64,000 nucleotides of DNA from positions 21,702,001 through 21,766,000 of the forward strand of contig CM059432.1 of NCBI GenBank assembly GCA_030390025.1, read 5' to 3'. This document shows, one piece after another, positions 12,619 through 24,390 of this stretch. The notes under the pieces were generated by a model. It was not told the DNA's origin. It saw only the letters and a program-made list of their open reading frames with translations, and made no database searches. The DNA is from Squalus acanthias (Eukaryota). Position 1 is the first letter of the stretch, and the number at the start of each line of letters is the position of its first letter. The position numbers and the translations under genes were made by a program.

Positions 12619-12755
12619 GGGCTCGATTTTCAACTGGCCACCTGGGTGTAAGACTGGCATTGCGAATCAGCCACCCATTGATTGCAGTTGCTGTAACAGA
12701 CGGCCGATCCACAGTGTCAGTTTTACACCTGAGTGGCAAGTTGAAAATCTACCCC
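12619..12755. mobile_element. Short hairpin MITE (about 135 bp)
   Basis: gggctcgattttcaactggccacctgggtgtaagactggca pairs with tgtcagttttacacctgagtggcaagttgaaaatctacccc. Confidence 0.8.
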
Positions 12756-13075
12756 GAAAGTCTTCCCTTCAGCTATAATCTACAGGCTTCTAAAGTCCAA
12801 GCTTGGCAACATTTGACCATTATCTCTTGCTTTATCTTATCTTTTTTCCTGTGCTTTTCAGCTTGGGTGGCGTCTTGCACCTAGTGCACTGGCCTTTTAT
12901 CTAGGTTTCTCAATCATTACAAAATTGGTTTCTGTAGACTGTTAAACAACTGCCTGGATTGAAAGCATATCATCTACATAGATACATAGATACATAGAAG
13001 ATAGGAGCAGGAGTAGGCCATCCGGCCCTTCGAGCCTGCTCCGCCATTTAATGAGATCATGGCTGATCCTCCAAT

Positions 13076-16043
13076 TCAGTATCCCGTCCCCGCCTTCTCT
13101 CCGTAACCCTTAACCCCTTTTGCCTGTAGAAATATATCTAATTCCCTCTTAAATATATTTAATGAGCTGGCGTACACTGCCCTCTGTGGCAATGAGTTCC
13201 ACAGGTTCACCACCCTCTGAGTGAAGAAATTCCCCCTCATTTCTGTCCTAAATGGTTTAGCCCTTATCCTTAAATTATGTCCTCTAGTTCTGTTCTCACC
13301 CGCCAAGGGAAACATTCCTTCTGCATCTAGTCTGTCTAGACCTGTCAGAATTTTATACACTTCTATGAGGTCCCCTCTCAATCTTCTAAACTCCAGTGTG
13401 TACATCCCTAAACTACATAGTCTCTCCTCATAGGTCAATCCCGCCATTCCTGGTATCAGCCTGGTGAATCGCCGCTGCACCCCCTCCATGGCAAGAACAT
13501 CTTTCCTCAGATGAGGCGACCAAAACTGTACACAGTACTCGAGGTGTGGTCTCACCAGTGCCCTGTACAGCTGCAGCAAGGTATCCCTGTTCCTGTATTC
13601 CAACCCTTTTGCTATGAAGGCCAGCATACCGTTTGCCTTCTTGACCGCCTGTTGCACCTGCATGCTCGCCTTCAGTGACTGGTGTACAAGAACACCCAGG
13701 TCTCTCTGTACTTCCCCCTCTCCCAATTTATTGCAATTTAAATAATAATTTGCCCTCCCGTTCCTGCACCCAAGGTGGATAACTTCACACTTGTCCACAT
13801 TATAGTGCATCTGCCATTTATCCGCCCAATCACCCAGTCTGTCCAAATCGCTCTGGAGCTTCCTGGTCTCCTCCTCTGAGCCCACCCCCCCCTCCTAGTT
13901 TAGTGTCGTCTGCAAATTTGGAAATGCTGCATCCGACTCCCTGATCCAGGTCATTAATGTAAATTGTGAACAGCTGGGGACCCAGGACAGATCCCTGTGG
14001 TACCCCACTTGTTACTGCCTGCCATTCAGAAAATGAGCCGTTTATTCCAACTCTCTGTTTTCTATCTGACAGCCAGTTCTCTATCCACATCAATACTTTC
14101 CCCTTTATCCCATGAGCTTCAATTTTCCATGCTAATCTTTTATGTGGGACCTTGTCGAAGGCCTTTTGGAAGTCCAGGTACACCACATCTACTGGCTCTC
14201 CCCCATCTATTTTACCAGTTACTCCCTCAAAAAATTCCAATAGATTAGTCAAGCACGATTTACCCTTTGTAAATCCATGTTGACTCTGTCCTATCCTGTC
14301 CCCATTTGCTAAGTGCTCCGCTATTTCATCCTTAATGATGGACTCCAGCATTTTGCCCACAACTGATGTAAGGCTTACAGGTCTGTAATTACCTGCTTTT
14401 TCCCTACCCCCCTTTTTGAATAGTGGGGTAACGTTAGCTACCCTCCAATCCATGGGCACTGTTCCCGAGTCTAATGAATTCTGAAAAATCATTCTTAGTG
14501 CATCCGCTATCTCTAGGGCCACCTCCTTCAGTACCCTAGGATGCATGTTATCAGGCCCTGGGGATTTGTCCGCCTTCAATCCCTTTAGCTTCCTTAACAC
14601 CATATCCTTAGAGATATTGATTTGCGTCAGTTCCTCCTTTGCCAATGTCCCTATTTTTCCCGATATCCCAGGGAGGTTTTTTGTGTCTTCCTTCGTAAAG
14701 ACTGACCCAAAGTATGCATTTAGTTGGTCTGCCATTTCCTTATTTCCCGTTATATATTCCCCCGTATCTGACTGCAATGGACCAACTTTGGTTTTCACCA
14801 GTCTTTTCCTCTTGATATACTTATAAAAGCTTTTGGAGTTAGTTTTTATATTTTCCGCCAGCTTGCTTTCATAAGCTATTTTGCCCCTCTTGATTAAGCC
14901 CTTTGTCCTCCTTTGCTCTATCTTAAACTGTTCCCAATCTTCCGCTCTGGCGCTTTTTTTGGCTATTTTATACGCCCTATCTTTGGATTTTATGTTGTCT
15001 CTAATTTCCCCTGTTATCCACGGTTGAGTCACCTTTTTAGATTTCCTTTTATGCCAGATTGGTATAAACAATTTTTGCAATTTTGTCATTCTATCTTTAA
15101 ATGCTTGCCATTGTTTATCTACCTCCAGTCCTCCCAGGAACGTTGTCCAATCAGACCTACTCAGTTCCCGTCTAATGGCATCATAATTCCCCTTGTTTAA
15201 ATTCAGGACCTTAGTCTCTGAGTCAATTTCTTCGCTCTCCATTTCGAGTGAGAAATCGATCATGTTATGATCGCTCTGACCCAAGGGTCCCCGTACAACA
15301 AGATTACTAATTAGTCCCTTCTCATTGCACAGTACCCAGTCCAATATAGCCTGTTCCCGAGTTGGTTCCTCGACATATTGATCCAGATAACCATCCCTTA
15401 AACACTCAAGGAATTCCTCCTCCTCATTATTTTTACTGATTAGGCTAGTCCAATCTATATGTAAGTTAAAGTCACCTATGATGACAGCTGTGCTCTTATT
15501 GCACGCTTCTCTAATTTCCCTCGTGATGCCCTCCCCAACCTCTATTTTACTATTTGGAGGCCTATATACCACTCCTATTAATGTTTTTCGCCCCTCGCTA
15601 TTTCTTAGCTCCACCCATATAGATTCTGTATTAACTGAGTTAATATCCTTCCTTTCAATTGCATTTATCCCCTCTTTTACCAGCAATGCTACCCCTCCTC
15701 CCTTTCTTTTTTGTCGATCCTTCCTAAATACTGAATACCCCTGTATGTTAAGCTCCCAGCCCTGCTCACCCTGCAACCATGTTTCCGTAATCCCAATTAG
15801 ATCATAATTATTAACCTCTATTTCCACAGCTAATTCATCTACCTTGTTCCTGATGCTTCTCGCATTAAGGTATAAAACCCTCAGGCTTTTTTTATGCTCA
15901 CATTTTTTATGAATTAGTTTGGCCCTTTGTTTTTTGTTCCTCACCCTTTTACCATTTATTTCTGTCTGCCTTTCACTTTCCTCTATTTCACTACATAGGT
16001 TTCTAGCCCCCTGCCATACTAGTTTAAATGCTCCCGAACTGCT
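13076..16043 (-). CDS. CR1 ORF2: APE endonuclease + reverse transcriptase, with one +1 frameshift in a G8 run
   Basis: YLNARS, ITETW, GDFN and SDH endonuclease motifs; [19 protein letters not shown] and FADD RT motifs. ORFs 13830-15944 and 13076-13885 join if one C is removed from the C8 run at 13885-13892. Confidence 0.93.
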
Positions 16044-16966
16044 TTATCAAAAATTACCGCGAGAACATCAGTTCCATCTTTGCACAGGTGTAGACCGTCC
16101 CTTTTGTATAGGTCACACCTACCACAAAACTGGTTCCAATGCCTCAAAAATTTAAAACCCTCCCTCTTACACCACTGCTCAAGCCACGTATTTAGCCTAA
16201 CTATCCTGTTCTCTGTACTCTTACTAGCACGTGGCACTGGTAGTAATCCAGAGATTACTACCTTCGAGGTCCTACTTTTTAGCTTGGCTCCTAACTCCCT
16301 AAATTCTACTTGTAGGACCTCTTCCCTTTTTTTAGCTACGTCGTTGGTACCAACATGTATCACGACAACTGGCTGTTCCCCCTCCCCCTCCAGAATGTTC
16401 TGCACCCGCGCCGAGACATCCTTGACCCTTGCACCAGGGAGGCAACATACCATCCTGGAGTCTCGGTCGCGACCACAGAAACCCCTATCTATTCCCCTTA
16501 CAATCGAATCCCCTATTACTATAGCCCTGCCACTCTTTTTCCCTCCCTTCTTTGCAACAGAGCCAGTCATGGTGCCATGAGCCTGGCTGCTGGTGCCTTC
16601 CCCCGATGAGTCATCCCCCCCGACAACAGCACCTAAGGCGGTGAACCTGTTGCTAAGGGAGACAACCCCAGGGGATTTCTGCACTACCTTCCTGCCCTTG
16701 CTCTGCCTTTTGGTCACCCATGTACTATCTACGCTGGCCTTAACCTGCGGTGTGACCAACTCACTAAATGTGCTATCCACAACCCTCTCAGAATCGTGGA
16801 TGTTCCAAAGTGAGTCCATCCGCAGCTCAAGGGCCGTCATGCGGTCCCACATGAGCTGCAGCTGGACACACTTCCCGCACACATGGTTGTCAGGGACACA
16901 GGAAGCGTCCCTGATTTCCCACATGTTACAGGAGGAGCATGACGCAGGTCCGAGCTCTACTGCCAT
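16019..16966 (-). CDS. CR1 ORF1: CxxC..CxxC zinc finger/leucine zipper + SGNH esterase (315 aa, intact)
   Basis: CSSC...CGKC, heptad leucines, and GDSIVR, HVGTND, DGLHL SGNH blocks. Confidence 0.93.
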   Translation of the reverse strand: MAVELGPASCSSCNMWEIRDASCVPDNHVCGKCVQLQLMWDRMTALELRMDSLWNIHDSERVVDSTFSELVTPQVKASVDSTWVTKRQSKGRKVVQKSPGVVSLSNRFTALGAVVGGDDSSGEGTSSQAHGTMTGSVAKKGGKKSGRAIVIGDSIVRGIDRGFCGRDRDSRMVCCLPGARVKDVSARVQNILEGEGEQPVVVIHVGTNDVAKKREEVLQVEFRELGAKLKSRTSKVVISGLLPVPRASKSTENRIVRLNTWLEQWCKREGFKFLRHWNQFCGRCDLYKRDGLHLCKDGTDVLAVIFDKAVREHLN

Positions 16967-17407
16967 GACTTAACCCTTATATTACTTTTTAATTTTCTAG
17001 TTTTAGTTTATTTATTGACTTTTGTTTTCCCAAAGCTTACTTAGACCAATGTATACTGTACTCCTCTTATTCCTTTTTAAACTAACCAAATCCCACTAGT
17101 TTTAGTTCTACTTTCTAGGAAGGTTTGAGGAAAGTACTTACCAGTTAGTCTTACCTCCCTGGTCTTTCGCTGACTTCCCGGTCTTGTGTCCCCTTGGTCC
17201 TACGCCGACTTCCCGCTCCTCCCGGTTCCTGCCCTGCTGAAAAGAAACTGAGACCAAAAAATTTGTGACCTTTGTTTTTAGACTGCTAAAAGACTAGTAG
17301 GTTAGAGGAGGAGGGCGGGTGGGGGTTCCTACTCTGTAGGAACTCGGGTTTAAGCCACCACCCTCCTTAAATGCCATTCACCTGGGTGCTTCCCACCTGG
17401 TCCGCTT

Positions 17408-19008
17408 CCGGTCTCGTCGCTCCCGACAACAGCCTGTGAAGAAAAGCCCGCGAAAGTGAGTTCAAATACTCACAGCACCTCACAGCACCTCCGGTCTCGT
17501 CGCTCCCGACAACAGCCTGTGAAGAAAAGCCCGCGAAAGTGAGTTCAAATACTCACAGCACCTCACAGCACCTCCGGTCTCGTCGCTCCCGACAACAGCC
17601 TGTGAAGAAAAGCCCGCGAAAGTGAGTTCAAATACTCACAGCACCTCACAGCACCTCCTGTCTCGTCGCTCCCGACAACAGCCTGTGAAGAAAAGCCCGC
17701 GAAAGTGAGTTCAAATACTCACAGCACCTCACAGCACCTCCGGTCTCGTCGCTCCCGACAACAGCCTGTGAAGAAAAGACCGCAAAAGTGAGTTCAAATA
17801 CTCACAGCACCTCACAGCACCTCCGGTCTCGTCGCTCCCGACAACAGCCTGTGAAGAAAAGCCCGCGAAAGTGAGTTCAAATACTCACAGCACCTCACAG
17901 CACCTCCGGTCTTGTCGCTCCCGACAACAGCCTGTGAAGAAAAGCCCGCAAAAGTGAGTTCAAATACTCACAGCACCTCACAGCACCTCCGGTCTCGTCG
18001 CTCCCGACAACAGCCTGTGAAGAAAAGCCCGCGAAAGTGAGTTCAAATACTCACAGCACCTCACAGCACCTCCGGTCTCGTCGCTCCCGACAACAGCCTG
18101 TGAAGAAAAGCCCGCGAAAGTGAGTTCAAATACTCACAGCACCTCACAGCACCTCCGGTCTCGTCGCTCCCGACAACAGCCTGTGAAGAAAAGCCCGCGA
18201 AAGTGAGTTCAAATACTCACAGCACCTCACAGCACCTCCGGTCTCGTCGCTCCCGACAACAGCCTGTAAGAAAAGCCCGCGAAAGTGAGTTCAAATACTC
18301 ACAGCACCTCACAGCACCTCCGGTCTCGTCGCTCCCGACAACAGCCTGTGAAGAAAAGCCCGCGAAAGTGAGTTCAAATACTCACAGCACCTCACAGCAC
18401 CTCCGGTCTCGTCGCTCCCGACAACAGCCTGTGAAGAAAAGCCCGCGAAAGTGAGTTCAAATACTCACAGCACCTCACAGCACCTCCAGTCTCGTCGCTC
18501 CCGACAACAGCCTGTGAAGAAAAGCCCGCGAAAGTGAGTTCAAATACTCATAGCACCTCACAGCACCTCCGGTCTCGTCGCTCCCGACAACAGCCTGTGA
18601 AGAAAAGCCCGCGAAAGTGAGTTCAAATACTCACAGCACCTCACAGCACCTCCGGTCTCGTCGCTCCCGACAACAGCCTGTGAAGAAAAGCCCGCGAAAG
18701 TGAGTTCAAATACTCACAGCACCTCACAGCACCTCCGGTCTCGTCGCTCCCGACAACAGCCTGTGAAGAAAAGCCCGCGAAAGTGAGTTCAAATACTCAC
18801 AGCACCTCACAGCACCTCCGGTCTCGTCGCTCCCGACAACAGCCTGTGAAGAAAAGCACGCGAAAGTGAGTTAAAATACTCACAGCACCTCACAGCACCT
18901 CCGGTCTCGTCGCTCCCGACAACAGCCTGTGAAGAAAAGCCCGCAAAAGTGAATTCAAATACTCACAGCACCTCACAGCACCTCCGGTCTCGTCGCTCCC
19001 GACAACAG
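17408..19008 (-). repeat. 83-bp tandem monomer array (19 units plus a partial unit) forming the CR1 5' UTR
   Basis: Unit starts at 17408, 17491, 17574 and so on to 18984; units are nearly identical, with no unique spacers. Confidence 0.97.
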
Positions 19009-19294
19009 TCTGATGAGGAAAGGTAACAGTCATTCCATTTGATTCATCTCATGAAAACTATAACCTACTGTTGTGTGCAAGTCGAAGGTTAATGGTGGTT
19101 GGCGATTAGTTTTTGAGAATAGAAACACCAAGCCAATTATCCTCATGTTCTGGATTTGGATTCCATGTGCTTTCTGTTTGAACTCCTGCCTGCACAGTGA
19201 GCTGGTTAATGAAGAGATAACACTATTTAAGCAACTGACTTAAATAGCTGCATTGAAACTGCAGGTGCGCTTTTGCAGTGCAAAATTGCCAGAA

Positions 19295-20205
19295 GATGGA
19301 GGCTCATTGGTAGCACTCTCACCTCTGAGTCAGTAGGTCGTAGTTTCAAGCCCCACTGACTCCAGAAGCTTGAGCACATAGTCGAGCATGACACTCAGTG
19401 CAGTACTGAGGGAATGCTGCACTGTTGGAAGTGCTGTCTTTGAGATGAGATGCTAAACTGAGGCTCTGTCCATCCTCTTGGGTGGATGTAAAAGATCTCA
19501 TGGCACTATTTGAAGAAGAACAAGGCTTATCTGACCAACGTTTATTTGTCAATCAACATCACTAAAACAGATTACATGGTTATTTATCTCATTGTTGTTT
19601 GTGGGACCTTGCTATGCGCAAGTTAACTGCTTTGACCACGCTCGATCAGCTCCGATGGACGGGTCACATTGTCCGCATGCCCGATACGAGACTCCCAAAA
19701 CAAGCGCTCTACTCGGAGCTCCGGCACGGCAAGAGAGCCCCAGGTGGGCAGAGGAAACGCTTCAAGGACACCCTCAAAGCCTCCTTGAAAAAGTGTAACA
19801 TCCCCACCGACACCTGGGAATCCCTGGCCCAAGACCACACAAAGTGGAGGAGAAGCATCCGGGAAGGCGCCGAACACCTCGAGTCTCTTCGCCGGGAGCA
19901 AGCGGAAGCCAAGCGCAGGCAGCGCAAGGAGCGCACGTTAACCCAAGCACCCCACCCACCTGCTCCTTCAACCACCATCTGCCCCACCTGTGACAGAGAC
20001 TGTAGGTCCCGCATTGGACTCATCAGTCACCTGAGAACTCATTTTTAATGTGGAAGCAAGTCATCCGTGGTTCCGAGGGACTGCCGAAGAAGAAGATTCC
20101 TATAAAACTAAAGTGACTGCACTACACTTCAAAAAGCAGTCATTGGCTATGGAGATATTTGGGATATTGTAAATAGGACTACATAAATCCAGGTTCCTTC
20201 TTTCT
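19295..20205 (+). mobile_element. Deu-domain SINE interrupted by an RTE insertion
   Basis: SINE head and body at 19295-19630; tail resumes at about 20097-20205. Confidence 0.75.
19630..20096 (+). mobile_element. RTE-clade LINE 3' end
   Basis: QLRWTGHIVRMPDTRLPKQALYSEL...GGQRKRFKDTLK, C-terminal CPTC..HLRTH zinc finger and (GAA)n tail. Confidence 0.9.
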
Positions 20206-20479
20206 ATGTAGTACTGGAGCTGATAATCTTCTGTTGGACTGAAGGGCATAAAACCGCTGTGTAGAGCAAGCCTAGCAGCAGATGACAGACACTGGCAATG
20301 CTGTCTGCATGACCAGAGGACCAGGATCCAAATTTGCAGCAATACTGCAGACCTGAACAAGCTAGGTAAGCTGAAGAACAACTTTCTAAGCAAATAATTG
20401 TCCCCAGCATGCATGCTGTAAGGTGATTCACATCAATCTGCCCCATCCAAAGCTTTTATAAATACCTTATCCTGTGCGC

Positions 20480-20690
20480 TGGTATGGTTGCCTAGTGGTT
20501 ATGGTATCTGATTAGCAACCCTGAGGTTGTGAGTTCATAATCCCACCATGGTAATTTGTGAAACTGAATTCAGTAACTCTGGTATTTTGTGGCTGGCACC
20601 AGAAAAAACGAACGCTTCCAGATTGTTGTTAAAAACCCAACTGATTAACTAAGGTCTTCCAGGGAAGGTCAATTGACACCCCTACCCTTT
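20480..20690 (+). mobile_element. tRNA-derived SINE (different family), decayed
   Basis: A/B-box-like tgcctagtgg and gagttcataatccc followed by a non-tRNA body. Confidence 0.5.
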
Positions 20691-20709
20691 AGACTACCTA
20701 TCTGCTTCA

Positions 20710-20926
20710 TCAGTCATCGAAGCTCCACACTCTAGAATTCCCTTCCTAAAACCGTCCACCTTTCCATCTCCCTAACCTCCTTTAAGACCCTCCTTAAAAC
20801 CTACCTCTTTGACTAAACTTTTGGTGACCCTTCCTTCTTTCGCTCGGCATCCACTTTTATCTGATTACAGCTCTATGAAACTTCTTGGGGCATTTTTCAA
20901 TGTTAAAGGCGCTATATAAATGCAAG
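20710..20926 (+). mobile_element. L2 3' end
   Basis: ctctagaattcccttcctaaa...ttaaaggcgctatataaatgcaag. Confidence 0.7.
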
Positions 20927-21403
20927 GGAATAAAAGGGACGTTGGCAGCATGGACACAAAATTGACTAAGTGACAGGAAACAGACAGTAGTGGTGAACGG
21001 TTGTTTTTCGGACTGGAGGAAGGTATACAGTGGTGTTCCCCAGCGGTCGGAACTAGGACCACTGCTTTTCTTGATATATATTAATATCTTGGACTTAGGT
21101 GTACAGGGCACAATATCAAAATTTGCAGTTGACACAAAACTTGGAAGTATAGTGAACAGTGAGGAGGATAGTGATAGAATTCAAGAAGACATAGACAGGC
21201 TGGTGGAATGGATGGACACGTGGCAGATGAAATTTAATGCAGAAAAGTGTGAAGTGATACATTTTGGTAGGAAGAACGAGGAGAGGTAATATAAACTAAA
21301 AATTCTAAAGCTGGGGGTATATGTGAACGAATCATTGAAGGTGGCAGGGCAGGTTGAGAAAGTGGTTAAAAAAGCATATGGGATCCTGGGCTTCATAAAT
21401 AGA

Positions 21404-23600
21404 ATGTCACCCGAGCACAACGCAACGCCATCCACGCTCTCAAGACCAACCGCAACATCGTCATCAAACCAGCGGACAAAGGAGGAGCCATCGTCATACA
21501 GAACAGAATGGACTATTGCAAAGAAGCATACCGACAACTGGACAACCAGGAACACTACAGACAGCTACCCGCAGATCCGACCAAAGAACACACCCGCCAA
21601 CTCAATAGACTGATCAAGACCTTCGATTCAGACATTCAAAACATCCTACGCGCTCTCATCCCACGTACTCCCCGCGTAGGAGACTTTTACTGCCTCCCAA
21701 AGATACACAAAGCCAACACACCCGGACGTCCTATCGTATCAGGCAACGGAACCCTGTGTGAGAACCTCTCTGGGTACGTCGAGGGCATCCAGAAACCCAT
21801 CGTACAGGGAACCCCCAGCCTCTGTCGCGACACTACAGACTTCTTGCAGAAACTCAGCACCCATGGACCAGTTGAACCAGGAACACTCCTCGCCACGATG
21901 GACGTATCGGCACTCTACACCAATATCCCCCACAATGACGGCATCGCTGCGACAGCCTCAGTACTCAACACCAACAACAGCCAATCTCCGGACGCCATCC
22001 TACAACTCATCCGCTTCATCCTTGACCACAATGTCTTCACCTTCGACTACCAGTTTTTTACCCAAACACACGGAACAGCCATGGGGACCAAATTCGCACC
22101 CCAATACGCCAACATCTTCATGCACAAGTTCGAGCAAGACTTCTTCGCTGCACAGGACCTCCAACCAACGCTGTACACCAGATACATCGACGATATCTTC
22201 TTCCTTTGGACCCACGGCGAAGGATCACTGAAAGGACTACATGATAGCATCAACAGGTTCCATCCCACCATCAAACTCACCATGGACTACTCCTCAGAAT
22301 CGGTTTCATTCTTGGACACACGAATCTCCATCAAAGACGGACGCCTCAGCACTTCACTCTACTGCAAGCCCACGGACAACCTCACGATGCTCCACTTCTC
22401 CAGCTTCCACCCTAACCACATTAAAGAAGCCATCCCCTATGGACAAGCCCTGCGAATACACAGGATCTGCTCAGACGAGGAGGAACGCGATGGACACCTA
22501 CGGACACGGAAAGACGCCCTCGTAAGAATGGGATATGACGCTTGACTCGTCGATCGACAGTTCCGACAGGCCACAGCGAAAAACCGCATAGACCTCCTCA
22601 GAAGACGAACACGGGACACAACCAACAGAGTACCCTACGTCGTCCAGTACTTCCCCGGAGCGGAGAAACTACACCATGTTCTTCGCAGCCTTCAACATGT
22701 CATCGATGACGACGAACACCTTGCTAAGGCCATCCCCACGCCTCCACTACTCGCCTTCAAGCAGCCGCCTAACCTCAAAAGTACCATCGTTCGCAGCAAA
22801 TTACCCAGCTTTCAGGAGAACAGCGACCATGACACCACACAACCCTGCCACGGCAACCTCTGCAAGACATGCCAGATCATGGACACATATACCGTCATCA
22901 CACGTGAGGACACTACCCACCAGGTACATGGTACATACTCATGTGACTCGGCCAACGTTGTCTACCTGATACGTTGCAGTAAAGGATGCCCCAGAGCATG
23001 GTACATCGGCGAGACCATGCAGACACTGAGACAACGTATGAACGGACACCGCGCAACAATCGCCAGGCAGGAGGGTTGCCTCCCAGTCGGGGAACACTTC
23101 AGCAGTCAAGGGCATTCAGCCTCGGATCTGCGAGTTAGCGTTCTCCAAGGCGGCCTTCGGGATACATGACAACGCAAAATCATCGAGCAGAAACTGATAG
23201 CCAAGTTCCGCACTCATGAGGATGGCCTCAATCGGGATATTGGGTTCATGTCATGCTACAGAACGTGACTTGACATCGTTGCCAGTCTTTCCAGCTTCTT
23301 AAAAAAACAAACACAAGAAACAAACACAAGAAACAAACCCAAATGGAGAGGATATGCAGCCAGCAGGTGTTTTGACATGTTGGACCCCCTGGGACACATC
23401 TCATTGTCTTGGCTGTGCTCTTAGTATGTCTTTGATGTAGGGATAGATTGAATCTCTGCATTTTCTCTGTGTTTATATTCTGTGAATTCTGGTAGATTGT
23501 CTCACAGTAACTCTACCTGAGGAAGGGGCGACAGCTCCGAAAGCTTGTAATTTTAAATAAATCTGTTGGACTATAACCTGGTGTTGTGCGACTTCTCATT
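21404..23600 (+). mobile_element. Penelope-like retroelement family 2 (RT + GIY-YIG), disrupted
   Basis: RPIVSG, MDVSALYTNI, GTAMGTKFAP, RYIDD; ANVVYLIRC..WYIGET; 12-bp TSD TTCATAAATAGA at 21392-21403 and 23601-23612. Confidence 0.93.
23514..23549 (+). ncRNA. Minimal hammerhead ribozyme motif
   Basis: TAC-CTGAGGA-A-GGGGC gaca GCTCC-GAAA-GCTT-GTA. Confidence 0.75.
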
Positions 23601-24310
23601 TTCATAAATAGAGGCATAGAGTACAAAAGCAAGGAAGTTCTGATGAACCTTTATAAAACACTGGTTTGGCCTCAACTGGAGTATTGTGTCCAACTCTGGG
23701 CACCGCACTTTAGGAAGGATGTGAAGGCCTTAGAGAGGGTTCAGAAAAGATTTACAAGAATGGTTCCAGGGATGAGGGACTTCAGTTACATGGATAGACT
23801 GGAGAAGCTGGGGTTGTTCTCCTTAGAGCAGAGAAGGTTGAGAGGAGATTTGATCGAGCTGTTCAAAATCATGAGGGGTCTAGACAAAGTAGATAGAGAG
23901 AAACTGTTCCCATTGGCGGAAGGTTCGTGAACCAGAGGACACAGACATGAGGAAAAACATTTTTATGCAGTGAGTGGTTAGGATCTGGAATGCACTGCCT
24001 GAAAGGGTGGTGGAGGCAGACTCAATCATGGCTTTCAAAAGGGAATTGGATAAGTACCTGAAGGAAAACAAATTGCAGGGCTACGGGGAAAGGGCAGGGG
24101 AGTGGGACCAGCTGAAGTGCTCTTGCAGAGAGCCGGCACGGGCTCGACGGGCTGAATGGTCTCCTTTTGTGCTGTAACCATTCTATGATTCTAAATTGTT
24201 GTTGTACAGTTTATTTATGATTTTGGTTCGGACATATCTTCAAAAGATATTGAAAACATGTTGGTTAAGTTATATAGCATCAATGAAGAAACAAAGCATA
24301 CCTGGGCTGG

Positions 24311-24390
24311 TGATTGACAGCAGTGTGTGAAAGGGCAGAATCAATGATTGGCAATTGTCCTTTGATTGACAGCTCTGTGGCCTTTGATTA
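24311..24390 (+). promoter_or_regulatory. Candidate enhancer: 2x TGATTGACAG, 2x CCTTTGAT and a CCAAT box
   Basis: Exact motifs at 24311-24320, 24363-24372, 24359-24366, 24381-24388 and 24345-24352, in sequence not recognised as repeat. Confidence 0.4.

Larger units (their letters stand above)
12977..19008 (-). mobile_element. Full-length CR1 LINE
   Basis: 5' UTR with tandem monomers, ORF1, ORF2 (EN+RT), 3' UTR hairpin (ggagcagg/cctgctcc) and an 8-bp (CTATGTAT)n tail at 12977-12998. Confidence 0.96.
20926..24193 (+). mobile_element. CR1 LINE 3' portion split by a Penelope insertion
   Basis: RT (GVPQRSELGP, FAVDTKL) at 20926-21403 resumes in register (FINRGIEYKSKEV) at 23601 and ends in ttctatgattcta. 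Confidence 0.9.

Noticed and set aside
17408..19008. CRISPR array
   Set aside because: The units are contiguous and near-identical with no unique spacers, there are no cas genes, and the context is eukaryotic; it is a LINE 5' UTR tandem repeat.
19009..19035. CTGATGAG-GAAA hammerhead-like string beside the CR1 5' end
   Set aside because: There is no stem II between the core halves and no stem I or III pairing.
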